64,000 nt of DNA from Bacteroidota bacterium (GTDB taxonomy: Bacteria; Bacteroidota; Bacteroidia; NS11-12g; UBA955), in the NCBI GenBank assembly GCA_963169345.1, contig CAUJCT010000019.1, forward strand, positions 105,366-169,365, given 5' to 3'. The notes beneath the pieces were generated by a model. It was given only the letters and a program-made list of their open reading frames with translations. It was not told where the DNA came from and ran no database searches. Numbering within the stretch: position 1 is the stretch's first letter; every line of letters starts with the position of its first letter. Positions 10,101-21,100 of the stretch are shown one piece after another. The position numbers and the translations under genes were made by a program.

Positions 10101-13100
10101 GGGGCAACTACAAGTATGCGAATGAAAACTTGCCCAACCGGGATTTTCCTTATTCGGATATGGATTCAAACAGGGAAGTATATGACAAGTACGCTAGTGC
10201 CTGGAATCTGACTAAAGTCAAGTTACCTTCAGGAGGGGAGATTAATGTTACTTATGAAGCAGATGATTATGCGTACGTGCAAGATCGACGTGCGATGCAA
10301 ATGATAAAGGTAATAGGAGCAAGTTCTGACTATAAAAATTTCAAATTGTATAATGCCTTAAAAATTAAACCAGATATTTATAAGAAAAACAAACCAATCG
10401 TCGCAACATTATACGATGAAGGTAGAAATAATAATTTTTTGTATTTCAAATTATTGGAAGAACCAGCAGAAATTCCTACTTCAGGTCAATCAGATTATAT
10501 AGTAAATAAATACCTTAAAGATGAAAATGGGCAAAAGATGAGTTTTGTTTATTATAGATTCAAAGTGAATATGGATCCAAGGGCAAAAAATGAAGACCAT
10601 TTTGAATATATTTCAGGGTATGCGGAAATCGAATTAAATAAATGTGGAATTACAGATGATAAAAAATATGGTTTTATAAAACTCAAGGAGGTAGATCAGG
10701 GAGATGTAGGGCTAACCAAGGCACAGCCTATAGCCAAACAAGCTTGGCAGGAAGGTATGCAAAACCTAAGGAAAGTCATGTACCCTGGTAGTGATCAAAG
10801 TCAGCCTGATGTAAATGGAGATAAACAAAGTGCATTTAAAGCTCTGTTGAATTCTTATGGTCAAGCATTGAATATGTTCACCGGTCCTTATCAAAACCTG
10901 AGATGGAAACACATTGCCAAGAATTTCGAAGTGGGTAAGTCGTTCATTAGACTATACAGACCAGATAATTTCAAAGTTGGTGGAGGTAGTCGAGTTAAAA
11001 GAATCACAATTAACGACAATTGGTCGGCTATGAATACTAATCAGGAATCAAATGAGTATGGTCAGGAATACTTTTATTTAACAAAAAACCAAAATGGAGA
11101 GGTAATTAGTAGTGGCGTTGCCTCATACGAGCCATTTGTAGGAGGTGATGAAAATCCATTTAGGATACCGACGTTTTATTCTACAAACAGGTTCATGTTC
11201 CCTGATTTGAATGAATACTTGGAAGAACCCTTTGGAGAATCATTTTTTCCTTCTGCTAGTGTAGGTTATTCTAAAATTATAGTCAAGAATATTCCAAAAC
11301 CAGGTGTCGTCGCCAGCAGTACAGGAAAGATAGTGCATGAGTTCTATACTTATAAGGACTTTCCCATAGTAACTAGGAATACAAATTTGAAATATTTGAC
11401 AAATGGGAATGGAAATTCAAGTGATGAAAAAAATGTAAATAATAAAAAAGCGAAGAAGTTTAGCAAAGCTTTAGCTAGTTTGTTTAGTGTAGTCAAACGC
11501 GATTATATGGCTGCCACGCAAGGATATTCTATCATATTGAATGATATGCATGGAAAGCCAAAGTCAATGAAGGTGTATAGTGCGTTGGACGAGGCTGGAG
11601 ATGATATTGAAAAGTTATTCAGTGGGAGAATGCTCTCTGGAACAGAATATAAATATAAAACAAGTCTATCTGAAAATAGGCATAAGTTTGATGATTTATA
11701 CACTTCAAAGGACACCTTGCTTCCTTTTATTCCCGGAACTGAATTAAACAACACTGTCTGGGTCATGAAGGAAAACGGGGAATTGGTTGAACGAGAAATC
11801 GCAACTTCATATGATGTTTCAGTGGAGACTAAACAATCAAAATCACATTATCGACATGCTGGTGTAGATTTTAATACGGAGAATTTCTTATTAGCTGGAA
11901 TACCATGCCCATATCCTAAATATCTGGTGAATCAATCCTTGTTTCAAGCGGCTATTGTTACCAAGGTGATTCAGCAGTATGGTGTCTTAGAAGAAGTGAT
12001 TGCCTATGACCATTCATCCGTTGTACGGACAAAAAATCTAGTATGGGATGAGCAAACAGGTCAAGTATTATTGACCTCTACAACAAATGAGTTCAATGAC
12101 CCAATCTATAATTTCACCTATCCTGCTCATTTGGCCTATGAAGGCATGGGACCCGCATATAAGAATTTGGATTACGAAACTTATCTAACTATAGGCAGTG
12201 ATGGTGATGTCAATGTCAATATATTAAGTGAAGAAGACCAGGATATGTTCGTTGAAGGTGATGAACTTTTACTACGGAAAGATGAAGTGGTAATACGAGC
12301 GTGGGTATTGAAAGTGGTTAAAAATTCAAGTACAGGCAACTATCATCAGATTCGACTCATAAATCAGGCTGGACATGAAATAGGATCTGGCACATGGTAT
12401 TCTCGAGTAATTCGTTCAGGTAGACGTAATCTTTCTGGAGCTCCAGTTGGTGCTATTACAACCATGTTTAAAGGGATTTTTAACAACGACTCTTCTAAAA
12501 GGTTGAAATTAAATAAAGAAGTTGTACAAAGCGCCGCCATGACCTATTCAGACCAATGGCAGGGGTATGTAGACAAGGCCTCGTTTTTACGGTATGTTTG
12601 CGACACCTCACAGATTGGTAATGAAGAAGCTTATGCCCTAATTAAATCTATAGTGGAAACAGGGAATATCGGAGCATATTATCAGAATGGAAGCAACCTG
12701 TCGCCTGACGCATCAACATTGTCAGCATATACCGGAGGATTAAAAAATTCAGTGGAAAGTTATGCCAGATCTCTTGATGTAACTCAATGTGGTACTAACA
12801 AGGAATTAATCGGGACTTATTTTGGTCAGAGAATCGAAACTCCGGGAGTGTTTAATTTCAAGGCAAAATTCCGATGTGTTGGATCTGGAGATACTGTAAT
12901 ACGTGACCTGACATGCGAAATATTTCTGGAAAAAGTGGATTCTGATTGTGAAATCGAACTTGACAGTTTGGACGAAGTAGGTTCTTATTACCTTGATGCT
13001 GGATATCTGTATTTCAATGGCTATAAAGGAGAGGACTCTTGCCTGTTTAAGTTAACTTTCCCGAATATATGTTTTCTCAAGGTAGATTGTAGATATGTTC

Positions 13101-14293
13101 AAGATTGTGATTATTACGTCGGCAAGATTGTAAACCCTTACGTCAATAACATCCGGGGTGTCTGGAGACAGAAAGAGTCGTTTGCCTATAATTCAGGTAG
13201 AAATTATGAAGTGAAGAGTAACAATAACACAAACATTAGAAAGGATGGGTTGATAAATGACTACCACCCTTTTTGGCTGTTCAAGGATACGTCTGAAAAT
13301 GGCATTTATCAAAGCAATCACAATAAGTGGGTCTCTTCAAGTACTGCGACACTATTTGCTCCTGAGGGCAACGGTCTTGAGGAAATGGACGCTTTAGGGA
13401 TCTATTCTTCCCAACTATTTGGATACAACGATTTGTTGTCTGTTGCCCAGGCTTCAAACGCTAGACATTCCCAGATTGCTAGCGATAATTTTGAAGATTA
13501 TTTCAGTGCTTATGTTGGTTGTCAAAGAGAAAAGCACTTTGATTTCAGGAATGGATTGAATCTCGGTCAAATCACATTGCCAACTTATGCCTATGATTTA
13601 TTGAAAGTAGTGAATGTATTGCCAATTCCATCCTCAACTTTCGCTCATGCGCATATCGCCAGAGATACTGCTCATACAGGCTTGTTCAGCCTTTGCGTTA
13701 ATTCTGGGGCAACTCATTCCAATATCAGAAAACTGGATTATTCTGATTTGGCACTGGCTTCTGGAAATGACAGTCTGTTCAGATTGAAATCTGTAGAGGA
13801 TATGATTACCACTTTTGCTCCTACTAACGGTAGATATGTTTTATCATCCTGGGTCTATCAAACTGCTGAAGATCAGAACAGTCTGAATACATATTCGGAT
13901 GCTTATGTTAATGTCAAGGTCTTTAAGGACGGTACCGCAATTGTAGATAAGAACTATCTGGCATCTGGTAAAATCATAGACAAATGGCAGAGGATATACG
14001 GGGTGCTAGATATCCCGACAGAGTCTGACAGCATACGCGTGACTTTTGTAAATAATGGGGAAAGCAATGCTTATTTTGACGATATAAGGATACATCCTTT
14101 TGATTCAAAGATGATATGCAATGTCTATCATTTCACCAATTTGAAAGTCATAGCAATACTGGATGAGAATAACTTCGCCACTTTTTACGAATACGATAAT
14201 GAAGGTAGTCTGATTCGTGTGAAACGTGAAACTGAAAATGGCATCTTGACCATTCAAGAGTCTAGAAAATCAATTAGAAAAACACCAAATTAA
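7115..14293 (+). CDS. giant (2,392 aa) SpvB/TcB (TcaC)-like toxin-complex protein with an N/K-rich insertion and C-terminal YD-like repeat
   Basis: Signal peptide, then the SpvB N-terminal-domain pattern (GDFSYNIPLFDIGGYPVNISYHGGIS…WVGLGWNINPGAINRGMRGVPDDFIGDE). A mid region resembles TcdB mid domains. C-terminal FYEYDNEGSLIRV is YD-type. Confidence 0.8.
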   Translation: MKPSLFKTIRKRGKFIACFFALNLLVEVVAPLQAYALTGGPSQPEVTSFEPVGTTEMVDLFSGDFSYNIPLFDIGGYPVNISYHGGISMDQEASWVGLGWNINPGAINRGMRGVPDDFIGDEVKKTMNIKKNETWATNFNSDGEIFGFTSSKIKLGGKTFNTKNSYNQGKRMNKLSKFNFGFGIVYNTYKGIGYSLDLKFDINKTSYFSREEFNENMDLLDNFKKIKDDPDLDLINREGSKDYYQALDANYKSTTAQKVVKKQSSLNANINLSASSNEGAKINLTMSNNFQDLMDDRTNLYRTITPSIGLGYNSLLGVNSFDVGLSKRYSWQVEVEKGAYYSGSINRSVNSYIPIGSYSYTPNIHFPTLSTSQSYNATVGFDAFGGHPNMRLSGFYNSEELKDSNIIYNAFGYLQEQEVFWHRGKNYVLMDFNREKESKGNKSSTHLPLSNHTYDIFMVTGQGNGGIYRPHRKTIGLLCDPYTENSNKKTGMNDFGIELGFGANFHWGFNYKNKVQNSSTGLWYNNNQRNFSIKFNEDADFFNSSLSVDFSKKNNVLLKDKDNELVELLNYRMEDGTLNKRNNHFYFKSAGEQTPSDNDLGDNWGGKFPVSLRIGKTEGHERNFRFGKVTNKLNESTHEVKGHSTWNTPRNSAIEYLSAEEASHGGIGMEPFIVSYPQNYWTYYIKSQNLPTVEVEERYNGANGAKAHHISEIITYGGDGMRYVYGLPAYNKKQHEVNFAVSKDIVGGDLSTRYEDWARGLVKYEPGQDNSTRNTRGADNFFMSTEMPPYAHSYLLTGVLSPDYSDLTGDGITDDDYGSAVRFNYYKVPGSYKWRTPYEKDSANLDLGYITDFSDNKGSYVYGEKEIWYVQSMESKTHVAEFKLSRRFDGHGVASENGGLDTSESNTLMKLDSIVIYSKLDILANGRNAVPVKTIVFKYDYSLCAGIPNNSVGQGKLTLKSIYFTYGNSGKGVLNPYQFEYSNFNPAYSHVHFDKWGNYKYANENLPNRDFPYSDMDSNREVYDKYASAWNLTKVKLPSGGEINVTYEADDYAYVQDRRAMQMIKVIGASSDYKNFKLYNALKIKPDIYKKNKPIVATLYDEGRNNNFLYFKLLEEPAEIPTSGQSDYIVNKYLKDENGQKMSFVYYRFKVNMDPRAKNEDHFEYISGYAEIELNKCGITDDKKYGFIKLKEVDQGDVGLTKAQPIAKQAWQEGMQNLRKVMYPGSDQSQPDVNGDKQSAFKALLNSYGQALNMFTGPYQNLRWKHIAKNFEVGKSFIRLYRPDNFKVGGGSRVKRITINDNWSAMNTNQESNEYGQEYFYLTKNQNGEVISSGVASYEPFVGGDENPFRIPTFYSTNRFMFPDLNEYLEEPFGESFFPSASVGYSKIIVKNIPKPGVVASSTGKIVHEFYTYKDFPIVTRNTNLKYLTNGNGNSSDEKNVNNKKAKKFSKALASLFSVVKRDYMAATQGYSIILNDMHGKPKSMKVYSALDEAGDDIEKLFSGRMLSGTEYKYKTSLSENRHKFDDLYTSKDTLLPFIPGTELNNTVWVMKENGELVEREIATSYDVSVETKQSKSHYRHAGVDFNTENFLLAGIPCPYPKYLVNQSLFQAAIVTKVIQQYGVLEEVIAYDHSSVVRTKNLVWDEQTGQVLLTSTTNEFNDPIYNFTYPAHLAYEGMGPAYKNLDYETYLTIGSDGDVNVNILSEEDQDMFVEGDELLLRKDEVVIRAWVLKVVKNSSTGNYHQIRLINQAGHEIGSGTWYSRVIRSGRRNLSGAPVGAITTMFKGIFNNDSSKRLKLNKEVVQSAAMTYSDQWQGYVDKASFLRYVCDTSQIGNEEAYALIKSIVETGNIGAYYQNGSNLSPDASTLSAYTGGLKNSVESYARSLDVTQCGTNKELIGTYFGQRIETPGVFNFKAKFRCVGSGDTVIRDLTCEIFLEKVDSDCEIELDSLDEVGSYYLDAGYLYFNGYKGEDSCLFKLTFPNICFLKVDCRYVQDCDYYVGKIVNPYVNNIRGVWRQKESFAYNSGRNYEVKSNNNTNIRKDGLINDYHPFWLFKDTSENGIYQSNHNKWVSSSTATLFAPEGNGLEEMDALGIYSSQLFGYNDLLSVAQASNARHSQIASDNFEDYFSAYVGCQREKHFDFRNGLNLGQITLPTYAYDLLKVVNVLPIPSSTFAHAHIARDTAHTGLFSLCVNSGATHSNIRKLDYSDLALASGNDSLFRLKSVEDMITTFAPTNGRYVLSSWVYQTAEDQNSLNTYSDAYVNVKVFKDGTAIVDKNYLASGKIIDKWQRIYGVLDIPTESDSIRVTFVNNGESNAYFDDIRIHPFDSKMICNVYHFTNLKVIAILDENNFATFYEYDNEGSLIRVKRETENGILTIQESRKSIRKTPN

Positions 14294-14295
14294 CT

Positions 14296-15150
14296 ATGAA
14301 AAAAGGAACAGTAGCCATAATACTCCTTGTCTTTAGCGTCCTATCTGGATTTGCTATTGGGGTCTTTAATGTGATAATGGATGACTCAATGGAAAATACG
14401 GAGTCAATAGAATCATATATGGAAGAAAATGATTCAAGTTATAAACGAGTAGATCCATTCGCAGCTTCGGAACTAATTTCAGTATTGAAAAAAATGAAAG
14501 AATCAAAAATTATTCATGCGAAATTTAATGTGAAGCTGTTTAGCATGGATCAAATGAAGCAGTTTGAATCTTTTGAAGGGGAGTACATTCGAAATGAAAT
14601 GGGTGAAACTTATATCTCTTCTTATGAATCTGAGAATTTAATGACTTCGGAATATTTTATTGCTGTTGATCACTTGGAGAAGATGATCTATGTTGAGAAA
14701 CCTGAATTTATGGGGTCTGGAGACGTTTCATCTATGAATATACTCTTCGAACTGGATTCTATTGTTAATTTTCAAGACAGTTCTATTGTTTACAATATGA
14801 TAGATGGTTCATATTCAAAATTGAGCGTCTTTATTGAAACACCCTCCTATTATCAGATTGACATAATTTATGAAACTGCAACAAAAAAAATTTCAAAGCT
14901 TGTTCTTTACCCGTTTCAAGATGTTTTTATTGAGCCTGAGTCTGGTGAAATCGGGAAAATTGAAGTAGAAAACACGGAAAATACTATTGTAGAAGAAGTT
15001 CCTGGACTCATTGTCATTGAATATACCAAACTAGAATGTAATTCGGAAATAAAACAACTAAAAATTGATTCTAAACGATATTTTGAAAATAAAGATGGAA
15101 AACTGGTAGTAAATCGTAAATACAAAAACTATGAAATCGATTACGAATAA
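14296..15150 (+). CDS. membrane-anchored hypothetical protein between the two giant genes
   Basis: 284 aa with N-terminal TM/signal (VAIILLVFSVLSGFAIGVF). It lies 2 nt after the upstream stop and overlaps the downstream giant ORF by 20 nt. Confidence 0.55.
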   Translation: MKKGTVAIILLVFSVLSGFAIGVFNVIMDDSMENTESIESYMEENDSSYKRVDPFAASELISVLKKMKESKIIHAKFNVKLFSMDQMKQFESFEGEYIRNEMGETYISSYESENLMTSEYFIAVDHLEKMIYVEKPEFMGSGDVSSMNILFELDSIVNFQDSSIVYNMIDGSYSKLSVFIETPSYYQIDIIYETATKKISKLVLYPFQDVFIEPESGEIGKIEVENTENTIVEEVPGLIVIEYTKLECNSEIKQLKIDSKRYFENKDGKLVVNRKYKNYEIDYE

Positions 15151-18100
15151 ATATTTAAGGAATTTAAGTAAATTAAAGTGGTTTGCCAACTTGGGTCCGA
15201 CAAATCAGATTCTATACAGATATCTAAGTTTGTTGAGTTTGCTGATATCCTCTTTCATTCCTATCTCTTCCAATGCTCAATTCATGCCGGAGAAATTTTC
15301 AAGCATATGTTCTGGAGAAAAGCTCAAGACAATTATTACATCCTCATCTTTGCCTTTGAAAATTGACAGTGTCATGGATGACAAGCTGACTATGATTGAA
15401 TCAGGTGGAGCATGGCGTTCTGATTTCAAGCATCGCAGCATAACCAATAGGATTACAATTTGTGTCAAGGATACGAATAGAGCAATGCAGAAATTCGACT
15501 ACCTTTTCAATCTGAGCATTGATACAATAAATTCCTTGAATCAGAAAGGAAGCTTCAATGTTGTCATGAGGGTTTCGTATGATCCAGCCTCTCATAAAGC
15601 CTATATGGATAAGTCAGTCTTTCAATTTATGGGATGTCATAAGTTTTCCATAAAACTGAATGGAATCACCGATAGTGCTTTGTTAAATCCTAGTTCATTT
15701 GACGCGGCCAGTATGCAGACAAATTTCTATATAGAATCAGAAATAATAATTGAGCGGTATTATTTGGATGCCTATTCTACGCCGATTGAAAGTTTAAATC
15801 ACTCTTTTGTAGGAAAGGACAGGTTGATGTTCTACTGGACACCACCGAGTTCAAGTGCACCTAACATGTACGAGTTGGAATGGACCTATATAGATACTGC
15901 TGGTATGGATCCTGATTCTATTCGATACGATTTTAACTCTAACAGTTCTCGGGTTTTATTGTCTCAGACAAGTTTTGAAATAAATACCATATACGATGCG
16001 GGTGTTATCTTATATAGGGTCAGACGAGTGCGCCCGGATTCCGTCTACTTCAAGTATAACAAATACAGCGATTGGTTTCCTATTGGGCTATCAGACAAAG
16101 GATTTGTCAGCGCATATTCAAGCAATAAGGTGTTTGTCGCTTCGCACGAACAAATGGGTAAGAATTGGGATTACCAGATTGCTTTCGCGGAAGAGGGATT
16201 GAAGAAAGAAGTTGTCAATTATTTTGATGGATCGCTTAAACGGAGGCAGGGAGTTACCTTGTCCAATAGCAATAATTTCACCTTGGTCGACGAAAGTATA
16301 TACGATTATCACGGCAGGGAGGTCATTAAGATAATACCGGCTCCAACAGATAGCGGCACAATAAAATTTTACAAGGATTTTAATTTGAATGTCTCAGGAC
16401 AACCCTACTCAGCGAGAGACTTTGACTCGACCGATGCCATGGAAGACCGTTGTAATGGGCAATACAAGGCTGCCCCTTTAGGTACTCAAAATGGCGCCGG
16501 AAGATATTATTCCACAGATAATCCGGATAAATCAAATGAGAACGCCGCCATACCGGATGCAGGAGGTTATCCCTTGGTCCAGACACAATTGATGCCTGAT
16601 CCGACAGGAAGGGTCGCCTCACAGGGCGGGATTGGGGTTGCGCATCAGTTAGGAAGTGGGCATGAGACCAAATACTCTTATGGAACTTCAACTCAAGAGG
16701 AACTTGACAAGATGTTCGGAAGTGAAATGGGGGTTGTTTCGCATTATAAGAAAAATTCCGTAACGGACCCAAATGGGCAAGTTAGTATTTCCTACATAGA
16801 TCAGCATGGGCGGGTCGTCGCCACATCTCTTGCAGGAGGTGTGCCAGGTATGGTTGATACGGTTGGATCCTACATGTGTGAAGAGTTCGTTATGAACAAG
16901 CTATCAAAAAATAATGTTCCAATCGACAATTCCTTGGTAGTAAGATACGGTTTTTCAGTTTTTGCAAGTCATGTCAACAAGATTTATTACAATCTTCAAA
17001 GCGACAAGTTCCTGTTCGGCTGTATTGGATTGAATCATTGCTATACGTGTAGGTATAATGTCGATATGTATCTGACAGACGACTGCGGAAACAATTTACT
17101 TCAATTCAACCGAATAATTGGCGTGCATCAGGATACGAGTTGTGGTATTCTCGAATTTACACTGGTCGATAGTATTGACGCGATACTTGGTAGTGTCAGT
17201 CCGAATTCGGATTCCGTGGCATTGACATTGACACCGGGAAATTATTTCTTGTATAAGGTGCTCAGAGTTAACACAGATTCTCTTGATTTCGCGATTGATG
17301 AGGTTTTGTTCAATGATTCCACATGTTACAAGACTATAGATGAGTTTATAGAGGTCGAACTGTCCAAGATTGATTTTAATGAATGTGATTGTGATACATG
17401 TGGCCTGGATTCCATGACCTATTGCGATTCGAGAAAAACGCTGATGCTAAGCGATTTTGAACCCTTGGTCGGTCAATTCGCACTCAACGATGAACTTGAT
17501 TATTCCGATTCCACGAGTATCTTGAGATACTACGGTGAAGGATATTTCTATCAATACGTAGATGCTAACGCCTATAAGGATGAGTATGGGGTCAAGGATA
17601 CAATCTGGATTGACGGTATGCCAATTCTACCAACTGAACTGGAGCCAGAAGATTTCACGAATTACTACAAGGAAACGTGGGGAGAGGCACTGTTGCCATA
17701 TCATCCTGAGTATTGTCAATACCGATACTGTATGGACTCTTTACAGCCAAGTTTATTGTTTGATGAAGACATGATGGCGATTGAAAACTATGACACGGCG
17801 ATGTTCTATGGATATTTGGATCCACTGAAATACAAGGCCGAATATCCCGATATAGTTTCAGATCCATTTTTTGTTAATTCTGGTGGGACGCTCAATTGGA
17901 GGGGGAATCAGATGAAGGATAAGTTGGAGTATATGGATGACTTCAGTCAGTCAGATTCCAATGATCCCCTGTCAATCGGCGCTTCGAGTAGTGATATCTG
18001 GCAGTTCTCAAAATCTATTGGGTATTGTGAAAGTATTTCTGACAGTCTTGAACGTGCGGAGTGCTTCAAGAACAGGTATGATGATCTGACCATCAACAAT

Positions 18101-21100
18101 TGGATGGACGATGAGTTTGGTAGAAATAATTATTGGAATAAATTCAAGACTTTGTATTTCCAACTAAAGCAACATTATATAGAGGAAAAAATGAATGAGT
18201 TGAGCTTCTCTATAGCCTGTATTCCTAAAATAGGCACAAACAATTGCCCGAGAAGTGAATACTACAATAAGGTTTCTCATTTCGTTCGGTACAATAACAA
18301 ATTGGCTAATGTGGATTCAACACCTAACAAGGAGGACTTGCTAGATTCCTTGAAAACTTATGGTTCTTGTGAAGCCAATATGCAACATTGGGAAGAGGCG
18401 TTAAGCCTTTGTGAGAATTTTTCCGTACACAAGGATTCAATACTATATTATTTTAAAAAGGTTTGCCAAGCAGGTGGGTCATCCCAATCTTCCTTAAATA
18501 TCATCGGTTCCAGTGAAATTCCGAGCAGTCTGCAGGGCAATCTTGCCTATAAATCATTTCACGAGGTGCTGGTTCACTTTCTTGGCTCCAATTATAAGAA
18601 TGAGTGGTGCAACATCGATTTGATCAATATGCCAAGGGCTTATAATACGAATTATCTGAACGAAGGGGGCTCTGAAGTGACAGAATGTCTTTGTGATAAT
18701 CTAAAACAAGAGATCAAGTTGTTCAAGGGTTGCCATTCTAAATTTGATTCTACGGAATTGAGCATAGAAGGCCATTTGGTAAACGATTTTATCAATACTA
18801 TGGTCGATGATAATCTATTCAATATCACCGATACGGCATCGAGAACATTATCTGCCTATGCAGGTATGGCGGATCTGGTCAATAGGTTGTTCGTCCCTAT
18901 AATGGGAGGTGTGCCGGGTAATTATAAGATTAAGATGCACAAAGATGCGGTCTACGGTAATGAAAAGTCGTATTTCATTTATAGAACCATACCATCTGAA
19001 GGATGCAAGTTCTCATTTAGATTAAATCCGAATGTCTCCAACTTTACGAATATTGATACGACTAAGTCATTTAAGATGACAGTGCGAAGCGATGGGTCTA
19101 TCAATTATAGATTCTACAAGTTTGGGGGGGCTACTGTCGACGTATTTGTTTACAACACCTGTTTTAATTCGTTAGGGAAATGTTCTGAAAATCTATCTTA
19201 TGCGGAGATATCTGATTTTACTGTTTTTTTAAATGACAAGTTTAACTCGAATATGACAGATATTGAAGTTGAACAACTTGTTGCCCAATGTGGAAATGCA
19301 GGATTGCCTAGTATTGTTCTGGATAAGAAAAACACCTACTATTTGCGTTATGGATCGTGTCCAGAGCATTACAGAAATTACAAGGAAGCAAAGGACATAT
19401 ACCTCCTGAGCTTCTTGAATGAAATGATGAGGCCTAATGAATATTGGCGTAATACGATGACTGGTTTTGAATTGGGAGACCAATCTAAACGTTATCTGAA
19501 TACCTACGAACCGAATTTTCACTGTAATTCTGGGAAGGCCGATTTTCTAGTACAGACAAAAGATTATCATTTGTATAAGGAGTTTGTAGGAACGATACAC
19601 GATAATTACTGGTGGGTTAATGCCAAATATGTTGTGGACAGTTCCCTCACTGTATTGGGCTGTACGAGTAGTTGTGTCAAGGTATATGATACCATCTTTC
19701 TAAATAATTATAACAACGACCCCTATTTCGTCGGTGGATTTTGGATTGGTGCACGTTGCGATTTGTATAAGGACTCGACTTGCTTTGTATCCTTTGGTGA
19801 TCCATTCAAGCAGCTGGGGTTAGCAGGAAGGCCTTCCATTTCACAAATTGATTCCCTGACTAATTACCGATGGGATGGATCGGTAGGGAATTATGTTGTT
19901 ACAGCGTTTAATAGAAGTTCAGGAGATTCGATTGTGCTGACTATGATGAACCAATGCAAGGCGCAGTGCAATCCATTGTTCAAAGTGAAGGACATTGCGG
20001 TGAATTACAAGGATGTATTTGCGATTCCAGGTAAAGGTGGTTTCGCCAGATTAAAGGATGTTACTGCGAGAACAGGTTTTGACAGGGGGTACGGTTGGCC
20101 ATTCCTGGATATGCTTAATGGACTTACAAAAGCGGATAATTTAAGTGGTGGAGCTATCAAGGATATACGAAAAATCCAGAAGACTCATTTGCTGAATAAT
20201 TATTTTGACCAGTTAATTCCAGAAGCTGGGTCATATTACTACAGCAACGAACTGACAAATGATAGCGTTCTTGTCGGTTACTTACAGGATAACATTGGGG
20301 CATCCTCAAAATGCAGTTTTGGCTTGAGAAAATGGGGAAGCGATAGGTCTTTTAGTTTCGCGGATTTGGATGTGTTCAAGGACATGACGGCCGATCCTGT
20401 TGCCATTGAAGATGGTATGAAAAACGAAAGGCTGGATATGGCAGGCTACTTCTTTGCCATTAAGGGGGGGCATCTGAATAGTCCTGGAGATACGACCTGG
20501 TACGATCTGAGAGGTTGGAGCTCTTGCTGGAAATTCTTTGAGATTAGCGCCCTGTCTGGTAATTCAAGAGTCATTTTCAATTTACCAGAGGGGTTGTCGG
20601 CCAATTGTGGATGTTACGCCTGTACGGAGACAAAATCGTTCTACGATAGCTTGTACAACGAATACCCTAATTTATATCCTGGGCATCCAAATTACGCTCA
20701 AATTGTTACAAATTATATCAATAGAAAACTCAATACAAGCCTGAGTTTCACCGAAATTCAGACGAATTGGGATGAATGTGGCGTTTCATTCAGACGGTTC
20801 ACTTCAATTCCTGAGTCGGATTATCGTTTATCGGTAAAAAACACCGATTGCGTCAACCATGGGGATAGCATGCTGTATGAACTGATGGATGATTTGGGTC
20901 TGTCCTTTGGTGTCACCAAGGTAAAGGATGAAGACAGTTCGGTGTTTCTTTTGAATTTCTCAGGATTGTTGCCAACGGAAATTGCCACGATCCAGGACTC
21001 AATAGCGAAATACTTCAGTTCTCCCTATTGCGATGCCTTTATACATTGGAAACATTATCGAAGCGATTACGATATGATCCTTTATAACCTGGATTCGGCA